61,022 bases of DNA, from contig CAZAKQ010000003.1 in the NCBI GenBank assembly GCA_964486155.1, positions 1-61,022 of the forward strand, given 5' to 3'. The stretch is from an uncultured Candidatus Saccharibacteria bacterium (lineage in GTDB: Bacteria; Patescibacteriota; Minisyncoccia; Phycocordibacterales; UBA12079). The notes beneath the pieces are model-generated. The model searched no databases and was not told the origin of the DNA. It saw only the letters and a program-made list of their open reading frames with translations. Within the stretch, counting starts at the first letter, position 1. Each line of letters begins with the position of its first letter. Shown one piece after another: positions 1 to 9,371 of this stretch. A program made the translations under genes and the position numbers.

Positions 1-150
1 ATTGTTTCATTAGATTTTTTGCCAGAAAAGTCTAATATGTATGTGAACTTATTCAATCCTATATTTTTATTAGAGGTGTTTGGTATTTTTACTAAACACC
101 TCTTTAAATTTTGTTTTATTATCAAAATAAGAAAAATTTTTTGAGCTGGA

Positions 151-170
151 CCTGTCTGCCGGCAAGTAGG
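151..170. repeat. G+C-rich hairpin, family 2 (degenerate copy), running into a T-loop-like GGTTCGATTCC
   Basis: The sequence is cctgtctgccggcaagtagg. It resembles the CCTGYCTRCCGAYAGGCAGG copies at 9353, 12938, 36325, 44414 and 49908. Confidence 0.5.
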
Positions 171-413
171 TTCGATTCCAAACCACTAAGTAAAATTTTT
201 TGTTCCTAATCTCAAGAATTTGGCCGGGCTGTTTGGTCACAGGTTTTTAAGTAAAGTTTTCGGAATATGCCGGACTGGATTCGGTTTCCAGTTCTAAGTT
301 CAAACTTCATCAAAACTTTTAAAAAAGTTTTGATTTGTTTTCACTAAGAACTCGCAACCCCGCTCACTCAAATTTTTCTTTTGCTATCGCTTCAGAAAAA
401 TATATTCGTTCGT

Positions 414-437
414 TTCGAATCCAGCCCCTGATACGCA
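414..437 (+). repeat. Inverted partial copy of the tRNA-Tyr T-arm and acceptor 3' half
   Basis: ttcgaatccagccc (414-427) is identical to the sense T-loop/T-stem/acceptor start of the minus-strand tRNA-Tyr. It is separated from the tRNA only by the 435-484 hairpin. Confidence 0.6.
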
Positions 438-481
438 CTAAATATAAAAAACAGAGGAAACCCTCTGTTTTTTATATTTAG

Positions 482-564
482 TGCGCCGGGCTGGATTCGA
501 ACCAGCGTAATCCGAAGATGCGAGTTTTACAGACTCGTGTATTTGACCGCTCTACCACCGACGC
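482..564 (-). tRNA. tRNA-Tyr(GTA), class II (long variable arm)
   Basis: The reverse complement reads GCGTCGG..CTGTAAA anticodon loop..variable-arm hairpin..GCTGG-TTCGAAT-CCAGC-CCGGCGC-A. The acceptor stem is 7 bp. No CCA is encoded. Confidence 0.9.
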
Positions 565-701
565 TCATAGATAATCTTAATAAATTTTGTTTTAAAAAAC
601 AAAATTTATTTTAGAGTATCTTGACCCCTCACCCAGAAAAAGTAATATTTTTTTGGGTGAGGGGGATTTATTTGATTTTCAATTTCTTTTGCAATTGTTA
701 A

Positions 702-791
702 GAAGTCCGACCTCAGTAATGAAAAAACAAAACAAATTACTAAAGATTACGGTTATTTTAGTTAATCCGCCAGCTGGCGGAGTCGGACTTC
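702..791 (-). ncRNA. ~90-nt 3'-flank structured element, copy 1 (downstream of clpB)
   Basis: The closing stem is gaagtccgac (702-711) with gtcggacttc (782-791). Inside are the conserved ctaaagattacggttattttag hairpin and the 16-nt palindrome tccgccagctggcgga (766-781). The element lies 4 nt beyond the clpB stop. Confidence 0.5.
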
Positions 792-795
792 GAAA

Positions 796-3471
796 TTACT
801 TTGTAATTTTTTCTGTTTTAATGTTTTTATGTTCTCGTGTTTTAATAATCCGTCTCTTCTTTATTACAAATGATAGTTTATCATTTTTTACACTAACTGC
901 AACTATTCCTCCTGCAATCATTCCTTCAGAAATCATCATTGAGGCTACTGGAGTCAATATCTCGCTTTGAATTAATCTTTTTAAAGGACGAGCTCCATAT
1001 TGTGAGTCGTAACCTTTTTTAGCTAAATATTCTAATACAGTTTTTGGAACATTTAGAGTAATTTCTTTTTCTTTTAATCTTTCTTTTACTATATTTATTT
1101 GGATATTTACTATTTTTAATATAGATTTCTTATTTAATGTATCAAAGATTATAATATCATCTAATCTATTTAGAAATTCTGGTTTGAAATGACTTTTCAA
1201 AGAGGTTGTTATATTTTCTTTAGCATTATTATACATATCTTCATCACTATCATTATTAAAACCTATAGATTCCATTTTATCTATAAATTTAGAGCCTATA
1301 TTAGAAGTCATTATTATAATAGTGTTTCTAAAATTAGCTACTTTTCCTTTAGCATCTGTTAAAATACCGTCATCTAAAACTTGTAATAATATATTGAATA
1401 CTTCTGGATGAGCTTTTTCTATTTCATCAAATAAAACTATAGAATAAGGTTTATGACGAATAGTTTCTGTTAAGGAACCTCCTTCTTCATGTCCTACATA
1501 TCCAGGAGGAGCTCCAATCAATTTAGAAACGCTGTGTTTTTCCATAAATTCTGACATATCTACTCTTACAAGAGATTTTTCATTATCAAACATAAATTCA
1601 GCTAATTTTTTAGTTAACTCAGTTTTCCCCACTCCTGTTGGTCCCAAAAATAAGAAAGAGCCAATTGGTCTATTGGGATCAGAAATTCCTACCCGAGATC
1701 GTTTAATTGCATCTGATATTTTTTTAATTACAGAACTCTGTCCTATTACTTTAGTTTTTAGTTCTTTTTCCATTCTGTTTAATTTAGCCGTTTCTTCTTC
1801 TAGCATTTGGGTAATGGGTATTCCCGTCCACCGGCTAACTATTTCGGCTATTTCATTGTCTGTAATTTCTTCATTCAAAAGTCGTCCACCTTTTTTTAAT
1901 CGTTTAAGGCGATTTATTTTTGATTTTAATTCTTTTTCTAATTGAGGAATTTTCCCATAACGAATTTCGGCTGTTTTGGATAAATCAGTATCTGTTTCGC
2001 TCTGATCAGCCTCTATCCTTGCAATTTCTAAATCTTTTTTAAGTTCTTTAATTTCAGATAAAATGGTTTTTTCATTATTCCATTTAATATCTAACTCAGA
2101 CGTTTTTTCTCTTAGATTAGCTATTTCTTTTTTTATCTCAGTTTTTCTTTTTTTATGTTTAGCACTTGTTTCATTTTTTAAAGCTTCTTTTTCTATTTCC
2201 AAACGAGTGACTGCTCTGTCTGTTTCTTCTAAAATAGGTGGTTTATTTTCTAAAGAAATCTTTAGAGATGCGGCTGATTCATCTATTAAATCTATTGCTT
2301 TATCAGGTAAATATCTATCGGTTATATAACGACTAGATAAAACTACCGCTGATTTAATTGCCTCATCAGTTATTTTAACCCCGTGATATAATTCATATTT
2401 TTCTTTTAATCCTCTTAGAATAGAAATAGTATCCTCAATAGAAGGTTCATTTATATGAACTGGTTGAAATCTTCTTGTTAAAGCGGGATCTTTTTCAATA
2501 TATTTTTGATATTCTTTTAATGTGGTTGCTCCTATAGCTTGTAATTCTCCCCTAGCTAAAGCTGGTTTTAGCATATTGGAAGCGTCCATTTGTCCTTCTG
2601 AAGCTCCTGTTCCTACCAAAGTATGAATTTCATCAATAAACAAAATTACTTTTCCTTTGGTTTTTTTGATATCTTTCATTATAGCTTTAAGTCTTTCTTC
2701 AAATTCTCCTCTATATTTAGTCCCTGCTACTAATAAACCTAAATCAAGGGAAACTAATTCTTTATCTCTTAAAGAAACAGGGATATCTCCTTGAGCTATT
2801 TTTAGAGCTAAGCCTTCAGCCACCGCAGTCTTTCCTACTCCTGCATCCCCTATTAAAATAGGATTATTTTTTGTTCTTCGCGAAAGAATTTGAACAATTC
2901 TACGAATTTCCTCGTCTCTTCCAATAACTGGATCCAATTTATTTTCATTAGCTAATTGGGTTAAGTTTCTAGTAAATTTAGCTAAAGCTCTATGTTTTGG
3001 TTTATTTTCTACATCTACTATTTTTCCTTCTTTTATTTCTTTTAAAATCTTAAGAACATCTTCTCTTTGAATTTTAAATTTATTTAATATTTCAGTTACA
3101 TCTCCTGGGATTTCTAATAACCCTAAAAATAAATGTTCGACTGAAATAAACGAATCATTTAATTCTTGAGCGATTTGTGTGGCTCTATTTAAAGATTGTG
3201 TTAATTCGGGAGTAAAAAATAATTGATAAGAAGGAGTAATTGTTCCTCCTTTTGTAGGAGTTTCTATTAAATCTAAAAGAGAATCCGCTAGTAAAATAAT
3301 ATCTACATCTAATTTTTCTAAAATAGAGATTACCATATTTTCCTCTTGCAACAGAATTGCTGTAAAAAGATGCATATGACTAACATGATTTTGACCTCGT
3401 TCAATAGCCAGTTCATGAGAACGACGAATAATTTCTTTTGCTTTAGTTGTGAATTTTTGAAATGGGGGCAT
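796..3471 (-). CDS. clpB: ATP-dependent chaperone ClpB (two AAA+ modules with a coiled-coil middle domain)
   Basis: The ORF is 891 aa. It has Walker A motifs GDAGVGKT and GPTGVGKT, an N-terminal Clp repeat and the long coiled-coil insert typical of ClpB. Confidence 0.95.
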   Translation of the reverse strand: MPPFQKFTTKAKEIIRRSHELAIERGQNHVSHMHLFTAILLQEENMVISILEKLDVDIILLADSLLDLIETPTKGGTITPSYQLFFTPELTQSLNRATQIAQELNDSFISVEHLFLGLLEIPGDVTEILNKFKIQREDVLKILKEIKEGKIVDVENKPKHRALAKFTRNLTQLANENKLDPVIGRDEEIRRIVQILSRRTKNNPILIGDAGVGKTAVAEGLALKIAQGDIPVSLRDKELVSLDLGLLVAGTKYRGEFEERLKAIMKDIKKTKGKVILFIDEIHTLVGTGASEGQMDASNMLKPALARGELQAIGATTLKEYQKYIEKDPALTRRFQPVHINEPSIEDTISILRGLKEKYELYHGVKITDEAIKSAVVLSSRYITDRYLPDKAIDLIDESAASLKISLENKPPILEETDRAVTRLEIEKEALKNETSAKHKKRKTEIKKEIANLREKTSELDIKWNNEKTILSEIKELKKDLEIARIEADQSETDTDLSKTAEIRYGKIPQLEKELKSKINRLKRLKKGGRLLNEEITDNEIAEIVSRWTGIPITQMLEEETAKLNRMEKELKTKVIGQSSVIKKISDAIKRSRVGISDPNRPIGSFLFLGPTGVGKTELTKKLAEFMFDNEKSLVRVDMSEFMEKHSVSKLIGAPPGYVGHEEGGSLTETIRHKPYSIVLFDEIEKAHPEVFNILLQVLDDGILTDAKGKVANFRNTIIIMTSNIGSKFIDKMESIGFNNDSDEDMYNNAKENITTSLKSHFKPEFLNRLDDIIIFDTLNKKSILKIVNIQINIVKERLKEKEITLNVPKTVLEYLAKKGYDSQYGARPLKRLIQSEILTPVASMMISEGMIAGGIVAVSVKNDKLSFVIKKRRIIKTREHKNIKTEKITK

Positions 3472-3482
3472 GTTATTAGGTA

Positions 3483-3498
3483 TCCGCCAGCTGGCGGA
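3483..3498. repeat. 16-nt G+C palindrome TCCGCCAGCTGGCGGA (family 1)
   Basis: This is a perfect palindrome in the clpB leader, 12 nt upstream of the ATG. Confidence 0.8.
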
Positions 3499-3523
3499 AG
3501 GTTTTTAGAAATTAGGTATTTAG

Positions 3524-3548
3524 GAAAAATTTGCTTCGCAAATTTTTC
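3524..3548 (-). promoter_or_regulatory. Leader hairpin GAAAAATTTGC-ttc-GCAAATTTTTC upstream of clpB
   Basis: This is a perfect 11-bp stem. The same hairpin occurs at 9303-9330, with variants at 44191-44211 and 56639-56661. In each case a CTAAT-rich tract follows it before the start codon. Confidence 0.5.
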
Positions 3549-3633
3549 TTATTGTTTTTTGTTAAAATAGGGCGAGGCTTTGCCTCGCCCTATCTATAGT
3601 TTACTTGCAATTTAGACTTAGTCAATACTTTTT

Positions 3634-4485
3634 TTATTCAGAGTTAATTTGATTAAATTTTTCTAATATAGTATTTATAGGTGTAAATATTCCATTTTTA
3701 GATCTAATTCCTATAATTTCTCCATTTAAATTAATTAAAGCTATCATAGAGCGAGACGGATTTAAATTAGTTTCAATTTTTTTAGTTATAATTTTCTCTA
3801 CAGCTTCTTTGTTTTCAGTAGCTTCTTTTGTAACAATTTTATCTCTAATTAAATTAGAGATAATCCCAGTTAAAATCATATCCGTTTTTTCTCCACCTAG
3901 AACTATAATACTTTGACCTAATTGAAGAACATCTGAATCACCAAACTCCACTTTTTTGAATTTAAGTTTTGAGCTTTCGTTTAGTTTAAGAGTTAAAAAC
4001 ATAAAATCATTTTCTTTATTTTCTCCTACATTGACTTCTATTTCTTCATTATTATAGTTAATGTAATAATTTGTTTCTTCTGATTCTTCTGATGTTATGA
4101 AGTCATTTGTTTGAGCCAAAATAATACCATTTCTTGTAAAAAACAAACCAGTTCCTACGAAATACTTCTCTAGTTCTTTCTCATCATTTTCAAGATAGGA
4201 ATAAATTCTTACTAATGATTTTGAATTTTTATTAACGGCATCTATCACGAAATCTTCTTCGCTGACTATAATTGTTTTATTATTTTCTATAATTGTAGCT
4301 TTTTGATCTCCTGGGACTACTTTTTCTACTGTTTTTTCATAAACTTTATGAATTGTTTCAGTTACTACCGGAGGAGCTTGGTTGACCAAAGAAACAGTTA
4401 CAATTCCAGTAGCAATTGAAGTAACAAAACTTACTAGAAGAGTAAGTAAAATTATTTGAGTAGGATTTAGTTCGTTTAAATTCAT
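3634..4485 (-). CDS. Membrane-anchored trypsin-like (HtrA/S1C-like) domain protein, probably non-catalytic
   Basis: The ORF is 283 aa with an N-terminal TM helix. It has S1C-like blocks (GTGLFF..NGIIL, GDSDVLQLGQSIIVLGG, INLNGEIIGI). The His and GNSGG Ser motifs are not recognisable. Confidence 0.5.
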   Translation of the reverse strand: MNLNELNPTQIILLTLLVSFVTSIATGIVTVSLVNQAPPVVTETIHKVYEKTVEKVVPGDQKATIIENNKTIIVSEEDFVIDAVNKNSKSLVRIYSYLENDEKELEKYFVGTGLFFTRNGIILAQTNDFITSEESEETNYYINYNNEEIEVNVGENKENDFMFLTLKLNESSKLKFKKVEFGDSDVLQLGQSIIVLGGEKTDMILTGIISNLIRDKIVTKEATENKEAVEKIITKKIETNLNPSRSMIALINLNGEIIGIRSKNGIFTPINTILEKFNQINSE

Positions 4486-4761
4486 AAAATTAGTCGTAAG
4501 TCTATAAAGCTGAAAGTCTATAAAGTTTTAAATTTACTCTCTAAATTTTATAACTTTTGACCTTAAAGACTTTATGAGCTTTTTACTCTTACATTATATA
4601 GCATTACTTTAATTATACCAAATCTTGGATGTGAATAAAAATAAATAACCTCACATATTGTTTTAAATAATACACAAGGTTATTCTAAAAGTTTAACTTA
4701 ATTAAGTTTTTTATTTGTTGTTTTTTGTTTAATATCTTTTACTATATTTCCTTTGATTGAA

Positions 4762-4947
4762 TTAAATATTTACAATTTTATTAATAACTTTTCTTAATTC
4801 TTCGGATTGATCTTCTCTCATTGTTGCTTCTATGCGAAAAGCTTTAGGCCCTTTAAAAACAGCACATAATACAAGAATAATAGCTGCAAATATAAAACTT
4901 ATAGCTAGAATAAGACTGTTTCTTATTCCTTGAAAATATTTTTTCAT
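4762..4947 (-). CDS. Small membrane protein, hypothetical
   Basis: The ORF is 61 aa with one hydrophobic helix and is co-oriented with its neighbours. Confidence 0.4.
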   Translation of the reverse strand: MKKYFQGIRNSLILAISFIFAAIILVLCAVFKGPKAFRIEATMREDQSEELRKVINKIVNI

Positions 4948-5006
4948 TTGAAATTCCTTTCTTTTAAAATATAAAAAATAATACTTCTATTATAGAGGGT
5001 AAGCTT

Positions 5007-6188
5007 TTACTTCAGCAAAGTCAATTGTTTTACAACATAATCAATTTCTTTTTTAGTAGAAAATTTCCCCAAAGTAAATCTTAAAGAATTTTGAATTTGT
5101 TTTTTTGTTTTTCCTAAAGATTTAATAACATATGAATATTTTTCTGTAGAACAAGCGCTTTTTGTAGAACAAGCTATTCCTTTGAAATCTAATTGAATTA
5201 CAGAAAAATCATTATTGGTAGCAGGTATAGAGATATTAACGTTATTAGATAAACGATTTTCCAGCCCTCCATTTAAATCAGCTTTGGGGACTTCTTTTAA
5301 AACTTTTTTTATAAAATAATTTCTTAATTTTGTAAGTCTAGTAATTTCTTTGAGTTGTTCTTTTAAAGCTAATTTTAAGGCCTTAGCAAAGCCAACTACC
5401 AAAGGAGTATTAGGAGTTCCAGGACGCATTCCGTTTTCTTGACTTCCACCAACTATTAAAGGATTTATTTCTAACCCCTTTCTAATATACAAAGCTCCAA
5501 CCCCTTTAGGTCCATAAATCTTTTGAGCATCAAAACTCATTAGATCAATTCCTATTTTTTTAATATCTAAAGGGATATATAACAAAGCTTGAGCTGAATC
5601 TGAATGGAGAATAGGTGTAATAGATTGATTATTTTTTAATTTTTTCTTTTTAAAATTTCGAATAATTTTAACGATTTCTTTCATTGGTTGGATAGTTCCT
5701 ATTTCATTATTAACAAACATTATAGAAATTAAAATAGTATTTGGTTTTAATAATTTTTTAAATTGTTTTAAATCTATAAAACCCTCTTTAGTTATGTCGA
5801 TTAAATCTAAAGTTGCCCCTCTTTTTTCAAAATGTTTAAAATAATTTAAAACAGAAGGATGTTCCATTTTTGTAGTAATTAAATGCATATCTTTTATTTT
5901 CAATCCCTCTTCATTTAATTTGTCTAATACTCCAAAAATAGCTGAGTTATTAGATTCAGTTCCACCAGAATTAAAAATTATTTCTTTAGGTTGTATCTTT
6001 AAAGATTTAGCAATTAATTTTCTAGATTTTTCTATCGTTTGTTTGGCTATAACTCCTTCTGTATGAATAGCTCCAGCATTGCCAAAATCTTTATCCCAAT
6101 ATCTATCCATCATTGTTTTGACCTCTTTTCGTAATGGAGTAGCTGCAGCATAATCCATATAAATTCGTTTTCTTTTTTTCTTAAACAT
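5007..6188 (-). CDS. Cysteine desulfurase (class V aminotransferase, NifS/IscS family)
   Basis: The ORF is 393 aa. It has the IYMDYAAATP N-terminus, the PLP-lysine context SFDAQKIYGPKGVGALY and a C-terminal active-site Cys loop (STKSACS). Confidence 0.85.
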   Translation of the reverse strand: MFKKKRKRIYMDYAAATPLRKEVKTMMDRYWDKDFGNAGAIHTEGVIAKQTIEKSRKLIAKSLKIQPKEIIFNSGGTESNNSAIFGVLDKLNEEGLKIKDMHLITTKMEHPSVLNYFKHFEKRGATLDLIDITKEGFIDLKQFKKLLKPNTILISIMFVNNEIGTIQPMKEIVKIIRNFKKKKLKNNQSITPILHSDSAQALLYIPLDIKKIGIDLMSFDAQKIYGPKGVGALYIRKGLEINPLIVGGSQENGMRPGTPNTPLVVGFAKALKLALKEQLKEITRLTKLRNYFIKKVLKEVPKADLNGGLENRLSNNVNISIPATNNDFSVIQLDFKGIACSTKSACSTEKYSYVIKSLGKTKKQIQNSLRFTLGKFSTKKEIDYVVKQLTLLK

Positions 6189-6311
6189 TCTTTTATATTA
6201 ACATTATTTAATTAAAATGTTAAAAAATTAAAAATATAATGTTAAGTTATATTAAAATTAAAAGCCCAGTAATTTATAACTAAATAAATTACTGGGATCT
6301 TCCTTTGTGAA

Positions 6312-6857
6312 TTAATCATCTTTAGGAAGTGTTTTTAAAGAATGTAAAATCCAACCTTCCGTTTTTTTGAATTCCCCCTCTTTGTCAGGATTGGAATCCA
6401 AAAAAATATGTTTTTGAGTTATAAATTGTTTTGGAAAGGCTTCCTCTATTAGAGGGATTTCTCTATTAGGTTTTCTTAATTTACTATTTTCTATGGAAAA
6501 ATATCTTGAAAGTAAAGAACCATCTTCTAATATAACTTTAATATAATCTGACGAGGTATTAGGCCCCTCTACAAATTTAATTAATTTATAGGTTTTACCA
6601 TCTATTAAGTTTGTTATAGGCATTCCTTGATAATTTCTTTTAGTTTCAATCTGAGTATTTTTTCTTATTAAACTAAAATGATAAATATTTATAATTATCA
6701 TAAAAAAGTAAAATATAAGGAGGCATAAAAGATATCCGCCATGTGCAATATACGTACATTCTTTTGTTTGTTTCATTTGAAATTTACGATAAGACCAAAA
6801 TAGAAATATTGTTACCCCTAAAACAGTTATAACCGTTGAAAATATTACGGTTTCCAT
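6312..6857 (-). CDS. Hypothetical membrane protein
   Basis: The ORF is 181 aa with two N-terminal TM helices. I recognise no family. Confidence 0.45.
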   Translation of the reverse strand: METVIFSTVITVLGVTIFLFWSYRKFQMKQTKECTYIAHGGYLLCLLIFYFFMIIINIYHFSLIRKNTQIETKRNYQGMPITNLIDGKTYKLIKFVEGPNTSSDYIKVILEDGSLLSRYFSIENSKLRKPNREIPLIEEAFPKQFITQKHIFLDSNPDKEGEFKKTEGWILHSLKTLPKDD

Positions 6858-7024
6858 TTTTCACCTCCTTTAAAAATTAAAATTTCAATAAATACATTTC
6901 TACTGATTAAATAGTAATCTTTAAATAAGTTTTAGTCAATCAGATATCTTGAATTTTAAACAAAAAATTAAAGAATTTAAGTAATCAAATTGCAAAAAGT
7001 TATATCTAATGTATAATTTGGATT

Positions 7025-7489
7025 ATGTTATTTACAGAAAAATTTGTTATATATGCCCTTATGGGAGTCATTATTTTATTAATTTTATGGATTTTTAGTC
7101 TTGATAGAAGAACTCGTGATATTAAAGTTTTAAAAGATAAAGAATCTTTATTAAAAAAATTCAAAAATATTGAAAAGAGATTCAATGATTGTTGGGATTT
7201 TGAAAAACAAGCAGAAGATAATTTTGCTGTTATAGAAGAAAGATTAAATGAAAGTATTCAAAATATTGAAATTATTCGATTTAATCCTTTTAAAAATGAT
7301 GGTATGGGAGGAGATCAAAGTTTTGCTTTTACTTTGTTAAACAAAAAAGGAAATGGAGTAATTGTTTCCAGTCTTTATTCTAGAGAAAAGGTTTCTGTAT
7401 TTACTAAACCAATAGTAAATTGGCAATCTAAATATGAACTTTCTGAAGAAGAAGGAGGAGTATTGGAACAAGCAAGAAACAAAAATTAG
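7025..7489 (+). CDS. DUF4446-like protein
   Basis: The ORF is 154 aa with an N-terminal TM helix. The block RFNPFKNDGMGGDQSFAFTLLNKKGNGVIVSSLYSRE resembles DUF4446. Confidence 0.55.
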   Translation: MLFTEKFVIYALMGVIILLILWIFSLDRRTRDIKVLKDKESLLKKFKNIEKRFNDCWDFEKQAEDNFAVIEERLNESIQNIEIIRFNPFKNDGMGGDQSFAFTLLNKKGNGVIVSSLYSREKVSVFTKPIVNWQSKYELSEEEGGVLEQARNKN

Positions 7490-7658
7490 GTAAGTAGAAA
7501 ATTATATAATAAATAATAATTTCTTTTTTAAAATTTTCAATTATCAATTTGCAATTTTCAAGGAATTTTCAATGTTGAAATTTTCAATATTGACGAATTT
7601 TGACGAAGTCAAAATTCGTGTTTCAAAATTGATAATTAATTCATTGATAATTGATTGA

Positions 7659-7674
7659 TCCGTCAGTTGGCGGA
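7659..7674. repeat. Family 1 palindrome, degenerate copy (tccgtcagttggcgga)
   Basis: It differs from the consensus at two positions. It lies in the infB leader, inside the TTG-extended ORF, which argues against that upstream start. Confidence 0.6.
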
Positions 7675-7707
7675 TTGAGAATTGAAAATTCTATAACTTT
7701 GAATATT

Positions 7708-9249
7708 ATGACCATAAAAAATAAAACAAATTCTTATTCTGAAAAGGGACAAGAACACATAATAGAGCGTTCCCCTGTGATAGTAGTTATGGGTCATATT
7801 GATCATGGAAAATCAACTCTTTTAGATTATATTCGGAAATCTAATATTGTTGAAGGAGAAGCTGGTTCTATCACCCAGCATGTGTCAGCTTACGAGGTAG
7901 TTCATAAAGATTCCAAAGGGGTGGAGAAAAAAATAACTTTTATTGATACTCCTGGGCATGCAGCTTTTTCAGCGATGAGATCTCGTGGCGCTAATATAGC
8001 CGATATTGCAATTTTAATAGTTTCTGCTGAAGATGGGGTTAAACCTCAAACTTTAGAAGCTTATAAAAGTATCCAAGAAGCTAAAATTCCTTTTGTGGTT
8101 GCTATTAATAAAATTGATAAACCTAACGCAAATATAGAAAAAGTAAAATCAGAATTAATTGAAAATGGAATTTATTTAGAAGGTTCTGGAGGAGATATTC
8201 CTTTTGTTCCGATCTCTTCTAAGAATGGAGAAGGAATTCCTGAACTTTTAGATATGATGATTTTAATTACTGAAATGGAAGAATATAAAGGAGACATCTC
8301 TCTGTTAGCTGAAGGAATAATTTTAGAATCTAAAATGGATCCTAAAAAAGGAATTGATACTATGGTAATCATTAAAAATGGAACTTTAAAACAGGGAAAT
8401 TTTATCGTAGTTAATAATAAAATTAGCCCTATTAGAAGAATTGAGGATTTTCAAGGAAATCAAATTAGTGAAGCTATTTTTTCTAGTCCTGCTAGAATAA
8501 TTGGTTGTTGTGATCTTCCTGATGCAGGTTTATCTTTTAAAACCTATGCTACAAAAAAAGAAGCTCAAAATAATTTAGAAGAACATTGTGTTGCATCTGA
8601 TAATGATAAAATTATTTTAAATAATGCTAAAAATTGTAGTGAAGCAGTTGAAATATTTTTGATAATTAAGGCCGATGTTTTTGGCACTATTGAAGCTATA
8701 AAAAAAGAAATAGCTAAAATTAAAACTGATAGAATTATTATTAAAGTTATTTCAGAAGGAGTAGGAGATGTTACAGAAAATGATATAAAAATGGCTCGTC
8801 ATAATTCGAATTCTTTAATTGCAGGTTTTAACGTAAAAATTAATCAAGATATTCTTAATTTAGCTGATCAATCTAATATAAAAGTAGCTTCTTTTAACAT
8901 TATTTATAATCTTACTGAATGGCTGGAAGAAAATATAGAAATTATGATACCTAAAATAGAAGTGGAGAAACAAACAGGAAAAGCTAAGATCTTAGCTATG
9001 TTTAATAAAGATAAGGGAGAGCAGATTTTAGGAGGACAAGTTTTAGAAGGAATGATTAAGTTAAATTCTATTGTAAAAATAATGAGAAGAGATTTTGAAA
9101 TAGGAACAGGAATTATTTCTAATTTACAAAGTCAAAAAATACAAGTAAAAGAAGTTAAAGAAGGTGGAAAATTTGGTATAGGAATAAAATCTAAAATAGA
9201 TATTGCTATTGGAGATAATATTGAAGCTTTTGAAACAGTTACAAAATAA
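7708..9249 (+). CDS. infB: Translation initiation factor IF-2 (short form without the N-terminal extension)
   Basis: It has the G-domain motifs GHIDHGKST, DTPGH and NKID, and IF-2 domain order. I chose the ATG at 7708 over the TTG at 7651. Confidence 0.9.
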   Translation: MTIKNKTNSYSEKGQEHIIERSPVIVVMGHIDHGKSTLLDYIRKSNIVEGEAGSITQHVSAYEVVHKDSKGVEKKITFIDTPGHAAFSAMRSRGANIADIAILIVSAEDGVKPQTLEAYKSIQEAKIPFVVAINKIDKPNANIEKVKSELIENGIYLEGSGGDIPFVPISSKNGEGIPELLDMMILITEMEEYKGDISLLAEGIILESKMDPKKGIDTMVIIKNGTLKQGNFIVVNNKISPIRRIEDFQGNQISEAIFSSPARIIGCCDLPDAGLSFKTYATKKEAQNNLEEHCVASDNDKIILNNAKNCSEAVEIFLIIKADVFGTIEAIKKEIAKIKTDRIIIKVISEGVGDVTENDIKMARHNSNSLIAGFNVKINQDILNLADQSNIKVASFNIIYNLTEWLEENIEIMIPKIEVEKQTGKAKILAMFNKDKGEQILGGQVLEGMIKLNSIVKIMRRDFEIGTGIISNLQSQKIQVKEVKEGGKFGIGIKSKIDIAIGDNIEAFETVTK

Positions 9250-9302
9250 CTTTGAATTAAAGTTATTTCGAATTATAAATTTTAAATTTTAGATTTTAAA
9301 TT

Positions 9303-9330
9303 AGAAAAAATTTGCTTCGCAAATTTTTCT
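9303..9330 (+). promoter_or_regulatory. Leader hairpin AGAAAAAATTTGC-ttc-GCAAATTTTTCT upstream of rbfA
   Basis: It is the same hairpin as in the clpB leader. It is followed by cctaaaaacctaaatacctaat. Confidence 0.5.
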
Positions 9331-9352
9331 CCTAAAAACCTAAATACCTAAT

Positions 9353-9371
9353 CTACCTGCCGATAGGTAGG
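9353..9371. repeat. G+C-rich hairpin, family 2 (ctacctg-ccga-taggtag)
   Basis: It has a 7-bp stem including a G-U pair and a CCGA loop. It lies 20 nt upstream of the rbfA ATG. Confidence 0.7.

Noticed and set aside
653-970. ORF 653..970 (+), and the similar antisense or shadow ORFs 1673..1945, 2063..2329, 3346..3570, 8172..8372, 20304..20501, 22578..22760, 35077..35271, 35881..36072, 40956..41144, 48718..48900, 48961..49146 and 52203..52589
   Set aside because: They lie antisense to, or overlap, long well-supported genes (clpB, infB, dnaX, rnc, murJ, adhesin paralog A, rmuC, the ATPase). Their composition is low-complexity and Phe/Leu/Ile-rich, as expected for the reverse strand of AT-rich genes.
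7651-7707. TTG-initiated N-terminal extension of infB
   Set aside because: The extension translates the family 1 palindrome and AT-rich spacer. The ATG at 7708 gives a normal short IF-2 N-terminus.
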